Source: an uncultured Ignavibacteriaceae bacterium (lineage in GTDB: Bacteria > Bacteroidota > Ignavibacteria > UBA10030). Taken from it: a DNA stretch of 64,000 nt. The notes under the pieces are model-generated. The model did not search any database. It saw nothing but the letters and a program-made list of their open reading frames with translations, and had not been told where the DNA came from. Positions 32,357 through 41,361 of this stretch are shown piece by piece. The translations under genes and the position numbers were made by a program. The DNA lies in assembly GCA_964473365.1 (NCBI GenBank), contig CAYYOV010000003.1, positions 57,139 through 121,138 on the forward strand, in the 5' to 3' direction. Within the stretch, counting starts at the first letter, position 1; each line of letters starts with the position of its first letter.

Positions 32357-33385
32357 CTAGACCTGCAGGACGACTTTCCCGAACTGCTGACCGGATCCAA
32401 CGATGCGATGTGCCTCTTGGACCTCTTCGAGCGGAAGGACCGCATGGATCACTGGCCGGAGCCTCCCCGCCGCAATGAATTCGAGGATCTTCACCAGATC
32501 GCCCTTGCGGCCCATCGTCGAGCCGAGGATGCTGAGCTGCTTGTAGAAGACATACCGCAGATCGGTCACCGCATCATAGCCGGCAGTCGCACCGCACGTC
32601 ACCAGTCGTCCCCCCTTTGCCAATCCCTTAATGCTCGCATCCCACACGGCAGTACCCACGTGGTCCACAATGACGTCGACACCCCGTTTCTCTGTGAAAC
32701 GGCGGATCGACCCGAGCAAATCTTCTTTGGTGTAGAGGATGACATCTGAGGCTCCGAGGGCACGTGCTTGTTCCGCCTTCTTGTCCGTGCTCGTTGTCGC
32801 AATGACCCGGGCTCCGAAGAGACACGCGATCTGAATCGCCGCGCTCCCAACACCGCTGCCGGCCCCGTGTACCAGCACCGTTTCTCCCGGCCTGACCTGT
32901 GCTTTGTCAACCAGCATTTGCCACGCGGTCAGGAAGACCAGTCCTGCTGCCGCTGCCGATTCGAACGGGATCTCTGGCGCGAGGCTGAGAACATTGCGCC
33001 CAGGCACAACGAGCAACTCGGCATCGGCACCATCCCGATGTTCTCCGATCAGGACGTAGTCCTTGCAGAGATTGTCGTGCCCGTTGAGACAGTACGCACA
33101 ATGACCGCACGAAATCCCCTGTGCAACGACCACCCGGTCGCCAACCTTTACATGACGTACCGATGCTCCAACAGCGTCCACCGTTCCGGCGGCATCGACG
33201 CCCGGGATCATCGGCAGCGGCACGCGCACTCCGGGAAGTCCCTGACGGACCCAGATATCCATGTGGTTGATCGATGTCGCACGAACTCGAACGCGTACTT
33301 CGTCCGCCCCGAACGCAGGATCGGGCACCTCTTCGAATCGAAGTTGCTCAGGACCGCCGTGAGCGTGAATGCGAACACAGCGCAT
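32357..33385 (-). CDS. Zinc-type alcohol dehydrogenase / quinone oxidoreductase family protein
   Basis: MDR-family layout with the GAGSGVGSAAIQ NAD(P)-binding motif. Start trimmed to MRCVRIHAHG (ATG 33385). Confidence 0.8.
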   Translation of the reverse strand: MRCVRIHAHGGPEQLRFEEVPDPAFGADEVRVRVRATSINHMDIWVRQGLPGVRVPLPMIPGVDAAGTVDAVGASVRHVKVGDRVVVAQGISCGHCAYCLNGHDNLCKDYVLIGEHRDGADAELLVVPGRNVLSLAPEIPFESAAAAGLVFLTAWQMLVDKAQVRPGETVLVHGAGSGVGSAAIQIACLFGARVIATTSTDKKAEQARALGASDVILYTKEDLLGSIRRFTEKRGVDVIVDHVGTAVWDASIKGLAKGGRLVTCGATAGYDAVTDLRYVFYKQLSILGSTMGRKGDLVKILEFIAAGRLRPVIHAVLPLEEVQEAHRIVGSGQQFGKVVLQV

Positions 33386-33386
33386 G

Positions 33387-34406
33387 TCAGTTCTCTGAGA
33401 ATGCCGAAAGGTCGATGGGACCGAGGAATGACATGGCATACACCTCGAGCCCGGGTTCAGTGACCGTCAGTCGAAGTTGTCTGGTCTGGGTCTGGGCTTC
33501 CTGAACCAGATGATAGAGCCTCGGTTCTGAGACCTCCACGACGGCCGATCCATCTGCCTGTCGGCGAATGTCGGCGCCCTGGACCGAAGGTGGGAGCGGC
33601 ACGCCGTCCTGCTCGACTGCTACCAGCAGGGGCACAGATGCGCCTGCGATCGTATGTACATCAGACCCGTCATATTCCATACTCAATGACGATGGAACTC
33701 CCGGCGAACCGGCTGACTGTAGCGACTCCCGCCCGCTCCACCAGACACCTCCGGCATAGACCCGCCCCGGGAGATAGATGCCCGGATCGACATACTCGGT
33801 CCGTGATTCGGGCACCAGGCCTTCGACATTCCCAAGTGTTCCACGCACATATCCCAGACGAAGACCTCCCGTGGGCCGGCGACGGTGACCGAGAAGATCT
33901 TCCTCACGACGGAACGGAGGCAGGAGCGTCTGCAATGCGCCGCGATATCCGGCATCACGCAGCAAGACCTGGATCGCGCGCTCGAATTCATGATACCCTT
34001 GCTCTCCGGACTGGACGAACCGGACCGACCCCGTCCGGTCGATCAGGATCCGCGTCGGTCGCTCGCGTACTTGATAGGCACTCCAGACGTGCGAGGCATT
34101 GTCGAGCATGACGGGATACTGCACGCCCAACGCACGCACGGCCGACGCGACGCGCGCGTCATCGGCGCCGAAACTGAATTCGGGTGTATGGACGCCGACG
34201 ATCGAGAGCCCCAGGTCCCGGTACCGTTGGTACCATTCCTTGACGATGGGCAGGGCCCGCAGACTTGCCGCCGACGCCGTGTCCCAAAAATCTACCATCA
34301 GGATCCCACCCTCGAGGTCACGGATGAGGACGGGCTCACTGTTGAGCCAGGCCGACCCGTAGAGCTCCGGTGCGTGAACGACACCCGGTTCAAGTTCCGT
34401 GAGCAT
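33387..34406 (-). CDS. Thioredoxin-fold + DipZ-C-terminal-like protein lacking all cysteines
   Basis: Colinear with the remembered redoxin/DipZ-C pattern (VDFW...LRALP...W...GL.IVGVHTPEF.F...YPV..DN...W.A). The CxxC position reads SAAS and the whole 339-aa product contains no Cys. No signal peptide. Confidence 0.6.
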   Translation of the reverse strand: MLTELEPGVVHAPELYGSAWLNSEPVLIRDLEGGILMVDFWDTASAASLRALPIVKEWYQRYRDLGLSIVGVHTPEFSFGADDARVASAVRALGVQYPVMLDNASHVWSAYQVRERPTRILIDRTGSVRFVQSGEQGYHEFERAIQVLLRDAGYRGALQTLLPPFRREEDLLGHRRRPTGGLRLGYVRGTLGNVEGLVPESRTEYVDPGIYLPGRVYAGGVWWSGRESLQSAGSPGVPSSLSMEYDGSDVHTIAGASVPLLVAVEQDGVPLPPSVQGADIRRQADGSAVVEVSEPRLYHLVQEAQTQTRQLRLTVTEPGLEVYAMSFLGPIDLSAFSEN

Positions 34407-35587
34407 CAGGCATTCACTTTCAGGATGGCGCGCAGCTCATGTTCGAACTGTTCGCATTGATCGGATGTCACCGTCAATGGGGGCAACAACCGAAGGACTG
34501 TTTCGTGCGTGCTATTCACAAGGATACCACGTGCCATGAGAGCGTCGACGACCGGCTGGCTCGGAATGTGGAGGTCGATCCCGATCATGCACCCGAATCC
34601 CCGGGTCTCCCGAACCAACGCGGGGAATTCGCGCCGGAGCCGCTCTCCGATGGCGTGCAGTTGCTCACCAGCACGGGCGGCATTCTGCATGAGGCCGCCG
34701 TCGAGGACCTCGTCGAGGACCGCGTTCCCCGCAGCACAGGCGACAGGGTTGCCCCCAAATGTCGTACCGTGGACACCATACGTAAAGGCATCCGCGACGC
34801 GTTCATTTCCGAGGACCACGCCGAGCGGCAATCCACCACCGATCGCTTTGGCGACCAGCACGACGTCAGGCTTGAGACCAACGTGTTCGAACCCAAAGAA
34901 TTTTCCGGTCCTTCCGACGCCCGACTGGATCTCGTCGGCGATGATCAAGAATCCATGTTTCTCACGCAGCGTGTTCAGGGCGTCGGCGAAATCGGGACTC
35001 ACCGGAAAGATCCCTCCTTCCCCCTGTATGCATTCGACCACGACCGCGAGCGTTTCCGCATTCAGCGTCTTTCCGGCCGCTTCGACATCGTTGAACGGGA
35101 TGGACGTCATGTGCGGAAGGAACGGCGCATAACCGTCCCGGTACTTCGGCTTGTCCATGAGTGAGAGGGCAGCGAAGGTTCGGCCGTGAAATGCGTTCGA
35201 CATGCCGACCATGATCGCTTTTCCCTTGCCCAGCCCCCACTTGCGCGACAGCTTGACAGCCGCCTCAAGGGCCTCGGTGCCGCTGTTGCACAAGAACGCC
35301 CGCCGGAAACCCGTCGCCGCCACAAGGCGCTCCACGAGCCGGATCTGCGGTTCCTGAAGGAAGAAGTTGGAAAGATGGAGGTATTTCCCAGCCTGGTCCT
35401 GGATAGCTTTGAGCACGCTCGGATGTCCATACCCGAGCGAATTCACGGCCAAGCCTCCGAAGAAATCGAGGTAACGCTTTCCAGAGCGGTCGAACAGGTA
35501 CGCCCCTTCGCCCCGCTCGATCTCGACCGACAAGCGTTTGTAGGTGTGGAAGAAATGGGCGTCTTCGCGTTCGGCGAGTGTCGGCAC
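34406..35587 (-). CDS. argD: Acetylornithine / class-III aminotransferase
   Basis: Class III PLP aminotransferase pattern: LIADEIQSGVGRTGKFFGFEH, GTTFGGNP. Confidence 0.85.
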   Translation of the reverse strand: MPTLAEREDAHFFHTYKRLSVEIERGEGAYLFDRSGKRYLDFFGGLAVNSLGYGHPSVLKAIQDQAGKYLHLSNFFLQEPQIRLVERLVAATGFRRAFLCNSGTEALEAAVKLSRKWGLGKGKAIMVGMSNAFHGRTFAALSLMDKPKYRDGYAPFLPHMTSIPFNDVEAAGKTLNAETLAVVVECIQGEGGIFPVSPDFADALNTLREKHGFLIIADEIQSGVGRTGKFFGFEHVGLKPDVVLVAKAIGGGLPLGVVLGNERVADAFTYGVHGTTFGGNPVACAAGNAVLDEVLDGGLMQNAARAGEQLHAIGERLRREFPALVRETRGFGCMIGIDLHIPSQPVVDALMARGILVNSTHETVLRLLPPLTVTSDQCEQFEHELRAILKVNA

Positions 35588-35589
35588 GG

Positions 35590-36231
35590 TCAGCCTTTCA
35601 ACAACATTGCACGGAGGATGGTCAGAGCAAACTGCACACGCGGTTCGAGGTCCCGAAGGGTTCCATCATTCTCGATGACCACTGCCGATCGACCGCGATG
35701 ATCCGCGGGAGATCCTTGGGCTTTGATCCGGCGGCGTACGGCGTCCTCATCGAGGCCATCCCGCTTCATCACACGGGCGATGCGCACATCTTCCGGGGCG
35801 TCGACGTACAGGACGGCGTCCAGCCAGGCGTCCATGTTGGCCTCGTAGACGAGCGCGGCTTCGACGGCGGCGATGGCGACGCCCTCCTGCTTCCACGAAC
35901 GCAGTTGTGCGCGGATGGCCTTCTCCGTCGCGGGGTGCACAATGGCTTCAAGTGCTTTCTGCCGTCCCCGATCGGAAAAGATCTGAGCGGCGACGAACGC
36001 ACGGTCGTAGGAACCGTCTGCACGGTAGGCCTGATGGCCCAGCAGGGCGATGATCTTGCGACGAAGAGCCGGGTCGGAAGCGCTCAGCGACCGGGCGGTC
36101 TGGTCGGCGGAACAGACGGGGATGCCAGCTCGTTCGACGATCGCCGCGACGGCCGACTTCCCGCTGCCGATGCCGCCGGTGATGCCGAAGACCGGCAGGG
36201 CCGGTCGGGATGGCGCTGCGGGACGGCTCAC
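35590..36231 (-). CDS. coaE: Dephospho-CoA kinase
   Basis: P-loop GITGGIGSGKSAV. About 210 aa. ATGA overlap with the rny stop. Confidence 0.85.
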   Translation of the reverse strand: MSRPAAPSRPALPVFGITGGIGSGKSAVAAIVERAGIPVCSADQTARSLSASDPALRRKIIALLGHQAYRADGSYDRAFVAAQIFSDRGRQKALEAIVHPATEKAIRAQLRSWKQEGVAIAAVEAALVYEANMDAWLDAVLYVDAPEDVRIARVMKRDGLDEDAVRRRIKAQGSPADHRGRSAVVIENDGTLRDLEPRVQFALTILRAMLLKG

Positions 36232-37790
36232 TTTGCGATGGCGACGGAGCGCACTTCCCGGATCACGACCACCTTGATCTGACCGGGAAACTCCATCTCT
36301 TGCTGGATCTTGTTGGCAATATCGTGAGCAAGCTGCTCGGCGACCGCATCGTCGATGCGTTCGTGATTGACGATGACGCGGACCTCGCGACCGGCCTGAA
36401 TGGCGTAGGTATTCGTAACGCCGTTGAACGATCGCGCGATGCTTTCGAGCCGTTCAAGTCGCTTGACGTATTCCTCAACCGACTCTCGTCGGGCTCCGGG
36501 TCGCGCCCCGGAGATGGCATCGGCCGCCTGCACCAACGCCGCCACCGGATGCTCCATCGGAATATCCTCGTGGTGCGATCCGACGGCATTGCAGACAATG
36601 GCGTTCTCGTTGAACTTCTTACACAACTCCATTCCCAACAGCGCATGCGGACCTTCGACACTCCGGTCGATGGTCTTTCCGATGTCATGCAGCAGGCCGG
36701 CGCGCTTGGCGAGCATCGGATCGAGCTTCAATTCCGACGCCATGATACCCGTGAGGTACGCCACTTCGATGCTGTGCTGGAGCAGATTCTGGCCGTAGGA
36801 GGAGCGGTACTTCATCTTCCCGACGTGCCGGAGGATCTCCGGATGGGCCGTGTGGAGGCCGATCTCGAGCAACGTGTTCTCCCCGGTACGAAGCACTTCC
36901 TCCTCGAGTTCCTTGCGGACCTTTTCGACCACTTCTTCGATGCGCGCAGGATGGATGCGTCCGTCGGCGATAAGCCGCTCGAGGGATTGCCGCGCGATCT
37001 CACGGCGGAACGGGTCGAAACCGGTGAGGATGACCGCCTCTGGGGTATCGTCCACGATGACGTCGACCCCAGTGGCCGCTTCGAACGCTTTGATGTTGCG
37101 TCCCTCGCGGCCGATGATGCGGCCCTTGATCTCGTCACTCGCCAGCGTCAGCACGCTGGCCGTGGTCTCGACCGTATGCTCGGCTGCGGTCCGTTGGATC
37201 GCCTGGACGATGATCTTCTGCGCTTCGCGACGCCCCTCGAGCTTGGCCTGGTCGCGGATGTCCTTGAGGGTCTGCGCGGCCTCGGTCTTGACGGTCTCGA
37301 GCAGGTTCTCGTGGAGCAGCTTCTTTGCTTCGTCGCGGGAGACGCCGGAGATCCGTTCCAGCCGCGCTGTTTCCTCTCCGATCAGGCGCTCCAGTTCACG
37401 TTCCTTCTCCAACACCCGTCGCTGGCGCTCCTGAATATCACGCTCCAGCTGCTGTGTTGACGTCTCTTTCTTGTTGAGGAGGTCAAGCTTCCGCTCGACA
37501 TTCTCCTCCCGGTTCTGGACCTGTTTCTCGTATGCCTGAAGCTTGTTCCGCTTCGACTGCAGGTCGCTCTCGGCTTCCTTCTTGCGCTTGAACCACTCGT
37601 CCTTCGCCTCGACCAACTTCTCGCGCTTGACCGTCTCAGCTTCTTTCGCGGCATCCTCGAGGATCTGCCGGGCACGCTCCTCGGCCGAGGAGATCTTGTT
37701 CTGCCCGGCCCGCTGATTGAGGAACCAGCCGAGGAAGAACGACGCCCCGCCGATCAACGCACCGATCACGATCAACACATACGCATCCAT
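36228..37790 (-). CDS. rny: Ribonuclease Y
   Basis: N-terminal TM, long coiled coil, KH domain (IIGREGRNIKAFE) and HD domain (LLHDIGK). 520 aa. Confidence 0.93.
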   Translation of the reverse strand: MDAYVLIVIGALIGGASFFLGWFLNQRAGQNKISSAEERARQILEDAAKEAETVKREKLVEAKDEWFKRKKEAESDLQSKRNKLQAYEKQVQNREENVERKLDLLNKKETSTQQLERDIQERQRRVLEKERELERLIGEETARLERISGVSRDEAKKLLHENLLETVKTEAAQTLKDIRDQAKLEGRREAQKIIVQAIQRTAAEHTVETTASVLTLASDEIKGRIIGREGRNIKAFEAATGVDVIVDDTPEAVILTGFDPFRREIARQSLERLIADGRIHPARIEEVVEKVRKELEEEVLRTGENTLLEIGLHTAHPEILRHVGKMKYRSSYGQNLLQHSIEVAYLTGIMASELKLDPMLAKRAGLLHDIGKTIDRSVEGPHALLGMELCKKFNENAIVCNAVGSHHEDIPMEHPVAALVQAADAISGARPGARRESVEEYVKRLERLESIARSFNGVTNTYAIQAGREVRVIVNHERIDDAVAEQLAHDIANKIQQEMEFPGQIKVVVIREVRSVAIAK

Positions 37791-37861
37791 GCTGTCCTCG
37801 CTGTCACCTTCCGATCACGCCGGATAAAAAAAAGACCGCAACCATCGATGTCATCAAGTGT

Positions 37862-38042
37862 ATTGAAAGAACCTCATTCAAGACACAGTGGGTACCCGCC
37901 TACGCATTTTGCGCTTCCACTGGACCCGCTCGCCTCCGCCGAAGCCGAGGGTCGTCGCGTGGCATTCCCCGAGGGGACGATGGCGTGCGCTCCACACGTA
38001 TGAGTCAGGCTCCCATATTAAAAAACATCAGGTTCTTTAATA
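37862..38042 (-). ncRNA. Candidate structured RNA (6S-like rod or rny leader element)
   Basis: Perfect 9-bp closing helix: AAAGAACCU from 38038-38030 pairs with AGGUUCUUU from 37874-37866. It encloses a GC-rich core with CUCG and UUCG tetraloop hairpins. No ORF. A U8 tract follows at 37833-37826. Confidence 0.3.
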
Positions 38043-38112
38043 TGGTTGACAACAGCCGATGGTGCGGTTCAGATCATGTAGACTGACCGCCTATGAAAAG
38101 AACACCCAGACG

Positions 38113-38415
38113 TCAGGAAGAAGCGTCATCCTCGGCGATCAGGAGATTGTCCAGGTAGTTGGACAACTTCGTGATCTCGGATTCGGTCGTCGATTCCTGG
38201 TCCTGCCGACCCATCCGTTCCTTGAGGAGATCTTCAGATATGTTCAACGCCGTGAGTACCGCCACGGTCAACGGCGGCTGCTCCGGGATCTTGTCATGGA
38301 TCTTGGTGAGCATCCCGTCGACATATTCGGCCACGCGGCGCGTGAAATCCTCATTTTCGCCGCGTAGCGGATATTCGGCGCCGAAGATCTTGACCTTGAT
38401 GCTCTTGCTCGTCAT
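38113..38415 (-). CDS. zapA: Cell division protein ZapA
   Basis: VKIFGAEYPLRGENEDF...LTVAVLTALNISEDL matches the ZapA pattern. 100 aa. Confidence 0.8.
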   Translation of the reverse strand: MTSKSIKVKIFGAEYPLRGENEDFTRRVAEYVDGMLTKIHDKIPEQPPLTVAVLTALNISEDLLKERMGRQDQESTTESEITKLSNYLDNLLIAEDDASS

Positions 38416-38434
38416 GGGCGTCCCCCGCGCTTCG

Positions 38435-38923
38435 TCACAGGCGCGAATTGATCTTGGCGATCAGGTCCGTCACCCGCTGACGGATCAGCTCCTTTTCGTC
38501 GCGCGTAAAGGGCCCAGTGCCGTTGGCGTTCAGACGGGCCACTTCCCGACGCGCTTGTTCAAGCTGAACGGTCAGGTCGTCGAGCGACCGCCGCAATGCC
38601 ACTTCCGCATCCTCTAACTGCCGCACCCGTTGCCGGAGTGTCGCAACCTCGTCGACAGAATCGCGGCTTGACGTTTCCTGCTGGGCCAGCCGGACGATGA
38701 GCTTCTCGCGCTCAGCGTAGATCTCTCGATTGGATTCCTCGAGCTCTCGCGCACGTTCTTTCAGGCCCGCGTTTTCTTCGCGGAGACGCACGACGAGCGC
38801 TGATACCCGGCGGGCCTTCTCCCACAACTGCTGCAGGACAAGGTCCAAACTTCGGGTCGAAGCGGAATGCTCTTCGAGAGTCTCGGTTGAGGGATCGGCC
38901 ACGGTCGTGGGATTGATGGTCAT
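38435..38923 (-). CDS. Coiled-coil protein (ZapB-like context, function unknown)
   Basis: Heptad-rich E/R/L sequence. Start trimmed to MTINPTT (ATG 38923) so that it does not overlap pheT. Lies between pheT and zapA. Confidence 0.45.
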   Translation of the reverse strand: MTINPTTVADPSTETLEEHSASTRSLDLVLQQLWEKARRVSALVVRLREENAGLKERARELEESNREIYAEREKLIVRLAQQETSSRDSVDEVATLRQRVRQLEDAEVALRRSLDDLTVQLEQARREVARLNANGTGPFTRDEKELIRQRVTDLIAKINSRL

Positions 38924-38928
38924 TCGGC

Positions 38929-41346
38929 TCAGCTGCGCAACTCTGCACCGCACGCACTACGGGCTTTGTCAACGACGTCCCGAATGTGCGCATCGACCTC
39001 GGCGTCGGTCAGGGTGTGGTCCGATGAGCGGAAGGCGAGCGAATACGCCAAGCTGCGCTTGCCGCCGCCCGTCTGGGCCCCTTGGTAGGCGTCGAACAGA
39101 ACCAACGATTCGAGCAATGGTCCTGCCGTCGCACGGATCACCGCCTCCAACTCCCCTTGCGGCGTCGCCTGGTCTACGACGAACGCCAGATCGCGAACGA
39201 CCTGCGGGAATCTTGGAAGCGGACGGAAGGTCCGGTCACGGGTCCACGCCTGCTCCAACAACGCCAGCGATATCTCGCAAACGAAGACCGGTGCATCAAT
39301 CTCAAAGCGTTTGGCGACATCGCGTCTCACTTCGCCGAACCAACCCCCATAAGTGCCGTTGATTTCAAGGCTCAGGGCCGATTCAGTTAAAGTGTTGTCG
39401 GCACGATAAGGAAGAAACCGGTATTTGTCAAGGCAGAGCCGATTCAGCAGGCTCTCCACCTCACCCCGCAAGTCGAGCAGATCGGCCAATCGGGCGGGGC
39501 GATCGAAGGCTATCGGAGCCGCAGCACCCGTCCAGGCCAGCATCAGCCGGTCCTCTTCCACGAAGTCTTCCACACGTGCCTTAGCTACACCCTTCTGATG
39601 GTAGACCTTACCAATCTCGAACAGCCGCAGGTCCTTGGACCCACGATTCAGGTTCATCCGGACGATCTCCAGGGTCCCTGGGAGCATGCTCGTCCGCAGG
39701 GCCTGCATCTCAGCGCTCACCGGATTCAGAACCTTGACGGGCTGATGGCCTCCAAGCATTGCCAGTGCCTCCGGTTGGAGCGAGATGGCCATGATCTCGC
39801 GCCAGCCGGCACCGACACAGTGCGAACGGACCTCATCCGCAACCTTTCGCGGCGCGGTCGGGATCGAAAAATCGATTGCCGATCGTGTCTGCGTTTCGAT
39901 GTTATTGTAGCCGTGGACCCTGGCCACTTCCTCGATGAGATCGATCTCCTGCGAGATGTCGACGCGAAACGACGGCGGAACGACCACGAACTCGCCGCTC
40001 CCCTTTTCGCTCACCTGCGCGCCAACCGAACTCAAGTACCGCCGCATCTCTGTCGCTGCGATGTTCGTGCCGAGGAGCGCATTCGCACGCGCCACGCGGA
40101 ACCGAATCGCGGGTGCCGAAGACCGTGTGGGCCGGACATCGATAAGTCCAGGATGAACGGTCGCCCCGGTCAACTCCTGGATCAAGTACGCCACTCGATC
40201 GACCGCCGTGGCCGCCATTTCCGGGTCTGCGCCGCGCTCGAATCGGTACGACGCTTCGGTCGACAACCCAAGAGCCCGAGCGGTCCGACGTACGCTTGTG
40301 GGAAAGAAGTACGCTCCTTCGATCAGCAATCGTGTCGTCGAAGCGGCGACCTCAGAATTCTCACCTCCCATCACGCCCCCGATCGCCACCGGGCGCGACC
40401 GGTCGCAGATCATGAGCATGTCGGCATGCAGGCGACGTTCTTTTCCGTCCAGCGTCCGGAAGGACGCGTCGGGACCGGCCCGGCGCACGACGATCGCGTG
40501 GCCATCAAGCTGGTCGAGATCGAACGCGTGGAGCGGATGCCCGAGTTCGAGCATCACGTAGTTGGTTGCATCGACGATCGCATTGATCGGACGAACGCCG
40601 GCGAGCTCCAACCGGCGCTGCAACCATTCGGGCGACGGTGCGATCGAGACGTTCGACAGGACCCGTCCGCAGTATCGCGGGCAGAGGTCGGCGTCGCGGA
40701 CTTCGATGGAGGCCAACTTCGACGCAGGCTCTCCCGATTCTTTTGGCGTTGCCTTCGGCATCCGAACGGTGCCGCCCGTCTGGATCGCCACTTCGCGTGC
40801 AACGCCAAGATGGCTCAGACAATCCGGCCTGTTCGGCGTGATGCCGATCTCGTACACAATATCATTTCGCTGTAAGGCGGTCGCGAGCGGAGTACCCGGC
40901 GTCGCGTCCGTCGTGAGCACCATGATCCCGTCGCCGTCATGACCAAGCCCAAGCTCCTTGGCGGAGCAGATCATGCCGGACGAATCGACGCCCCGAAGCT
41001 TGACCTTGCCAAGGACGAACGGCTTGCCGTCGGGATCGTGCTGGTTGTGCGGGACCGTGGCGCCGACGAGCCCGACAGCCACCATCTGACCTTCGGCCAC
41101 GTTCGGAGCTCCGCAGACGATTTGGAGTTCTTCTGTCCCGACATCGACGCGGCAGACCGTCAACCGGTCGGCCTTCGGATGCTTCTGACAGGCCGCGACT
41201 CTGCCGACGACGAATCGGTCGTAGGTCGCTGCAAGGTCCTCATAGCTCTCCACCTCCAGGCCGACCATCGTCAGGTCGTCGGAGAACTGCTGAGGCGTCC
41301 AATCGAGATCGGTCAGCTCTTTCAGCCAGGAAGAAACGATCTTCAT
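38929..41346 (-). CDS. pheT: Phenylalanine--tRNA ligase beta subunit
   Basis: 805 aa with N-terminal tRNA-binding domain, B3/4, B5 and FDX-ACB modules. Confidence 0.95.
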   Translation of the reverse strand: MKIVSSWLKELTDLDWTPQQFSDDLTMVGLEVESYEDLAATYDRFVVGRVAACQKHPKADRLTVCRVDVGTEELQIVCGAPNVAEGQMVAVGLVGATVPHNQHDPDGKPFVLGKVKLRGVDSSGMICSAKELGLGHDGDGIMVLTTDATPGTPLATALQRNDIVYEIGITPNRPDCLSHLGVAREVAIQTGGTVRMPKATPKESGEPASKLASIEVRDADLCPRYCGRVLSNVSIAPSPEWLQRRLELAGVRPINAIVDATNYVMLELGHPLHAFDLDQLDGHAIVVRRAGPDASFRTLDGKERRLHADMLMICDRSRPVAIGGVMGGENSEVAASTTRLLIEGAYFFPTSVRRTARALGLSTEASYRFERGADPEMAATAVDRVAYLIQELTGATVHPGLIDVRPTRSSAPAIRFRVARANALLGTNIAATEMRRYLSSVGAQVSEKGSGEFVVVPPSFRVDISQEIDLIEEVARVHGYNNIETQTRSAIDFSIPTAPRKVADEVRSHCVGAGWREIMAISLQPEALAMLGGHQPVKVLNPVSAEMQALRTSMLPGTLEIVRMNLNRGSKDLRLFEIGKVYHQKGVAKARVEDFVEEDRLMLAWTGAAAPIAFDRPARLADLLDLRGEVESLLNRLCLDKYRFLPYRADNTLTESALSLEINGTYGGWFGEVRRDVAKRFEIDAPVFVCEISLALLEQAWTRDRTFRPLPRFPQVVRDLAFVVDQATPQGELEAVIRATAGPLLESLVLFDAYQGAQTGGGKRSLAYSLAFRSSDHTLTDAEVDAHIRDVVDKARSACGAELRS

Positions 41347-41361
41347 ACGACAGAGGCCGGG

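Noticed and set aside
37826-37833. U8 tract upstream of rny as a simple terminator of zapA
   Set aside because: I could not find a convincing GC stem immediately 5' of the U-run. It lies 35 nt from the rny ATG with no room for a promoter, so it is treated as part of the candidate structured RNA or leader rather than called as a terminator.
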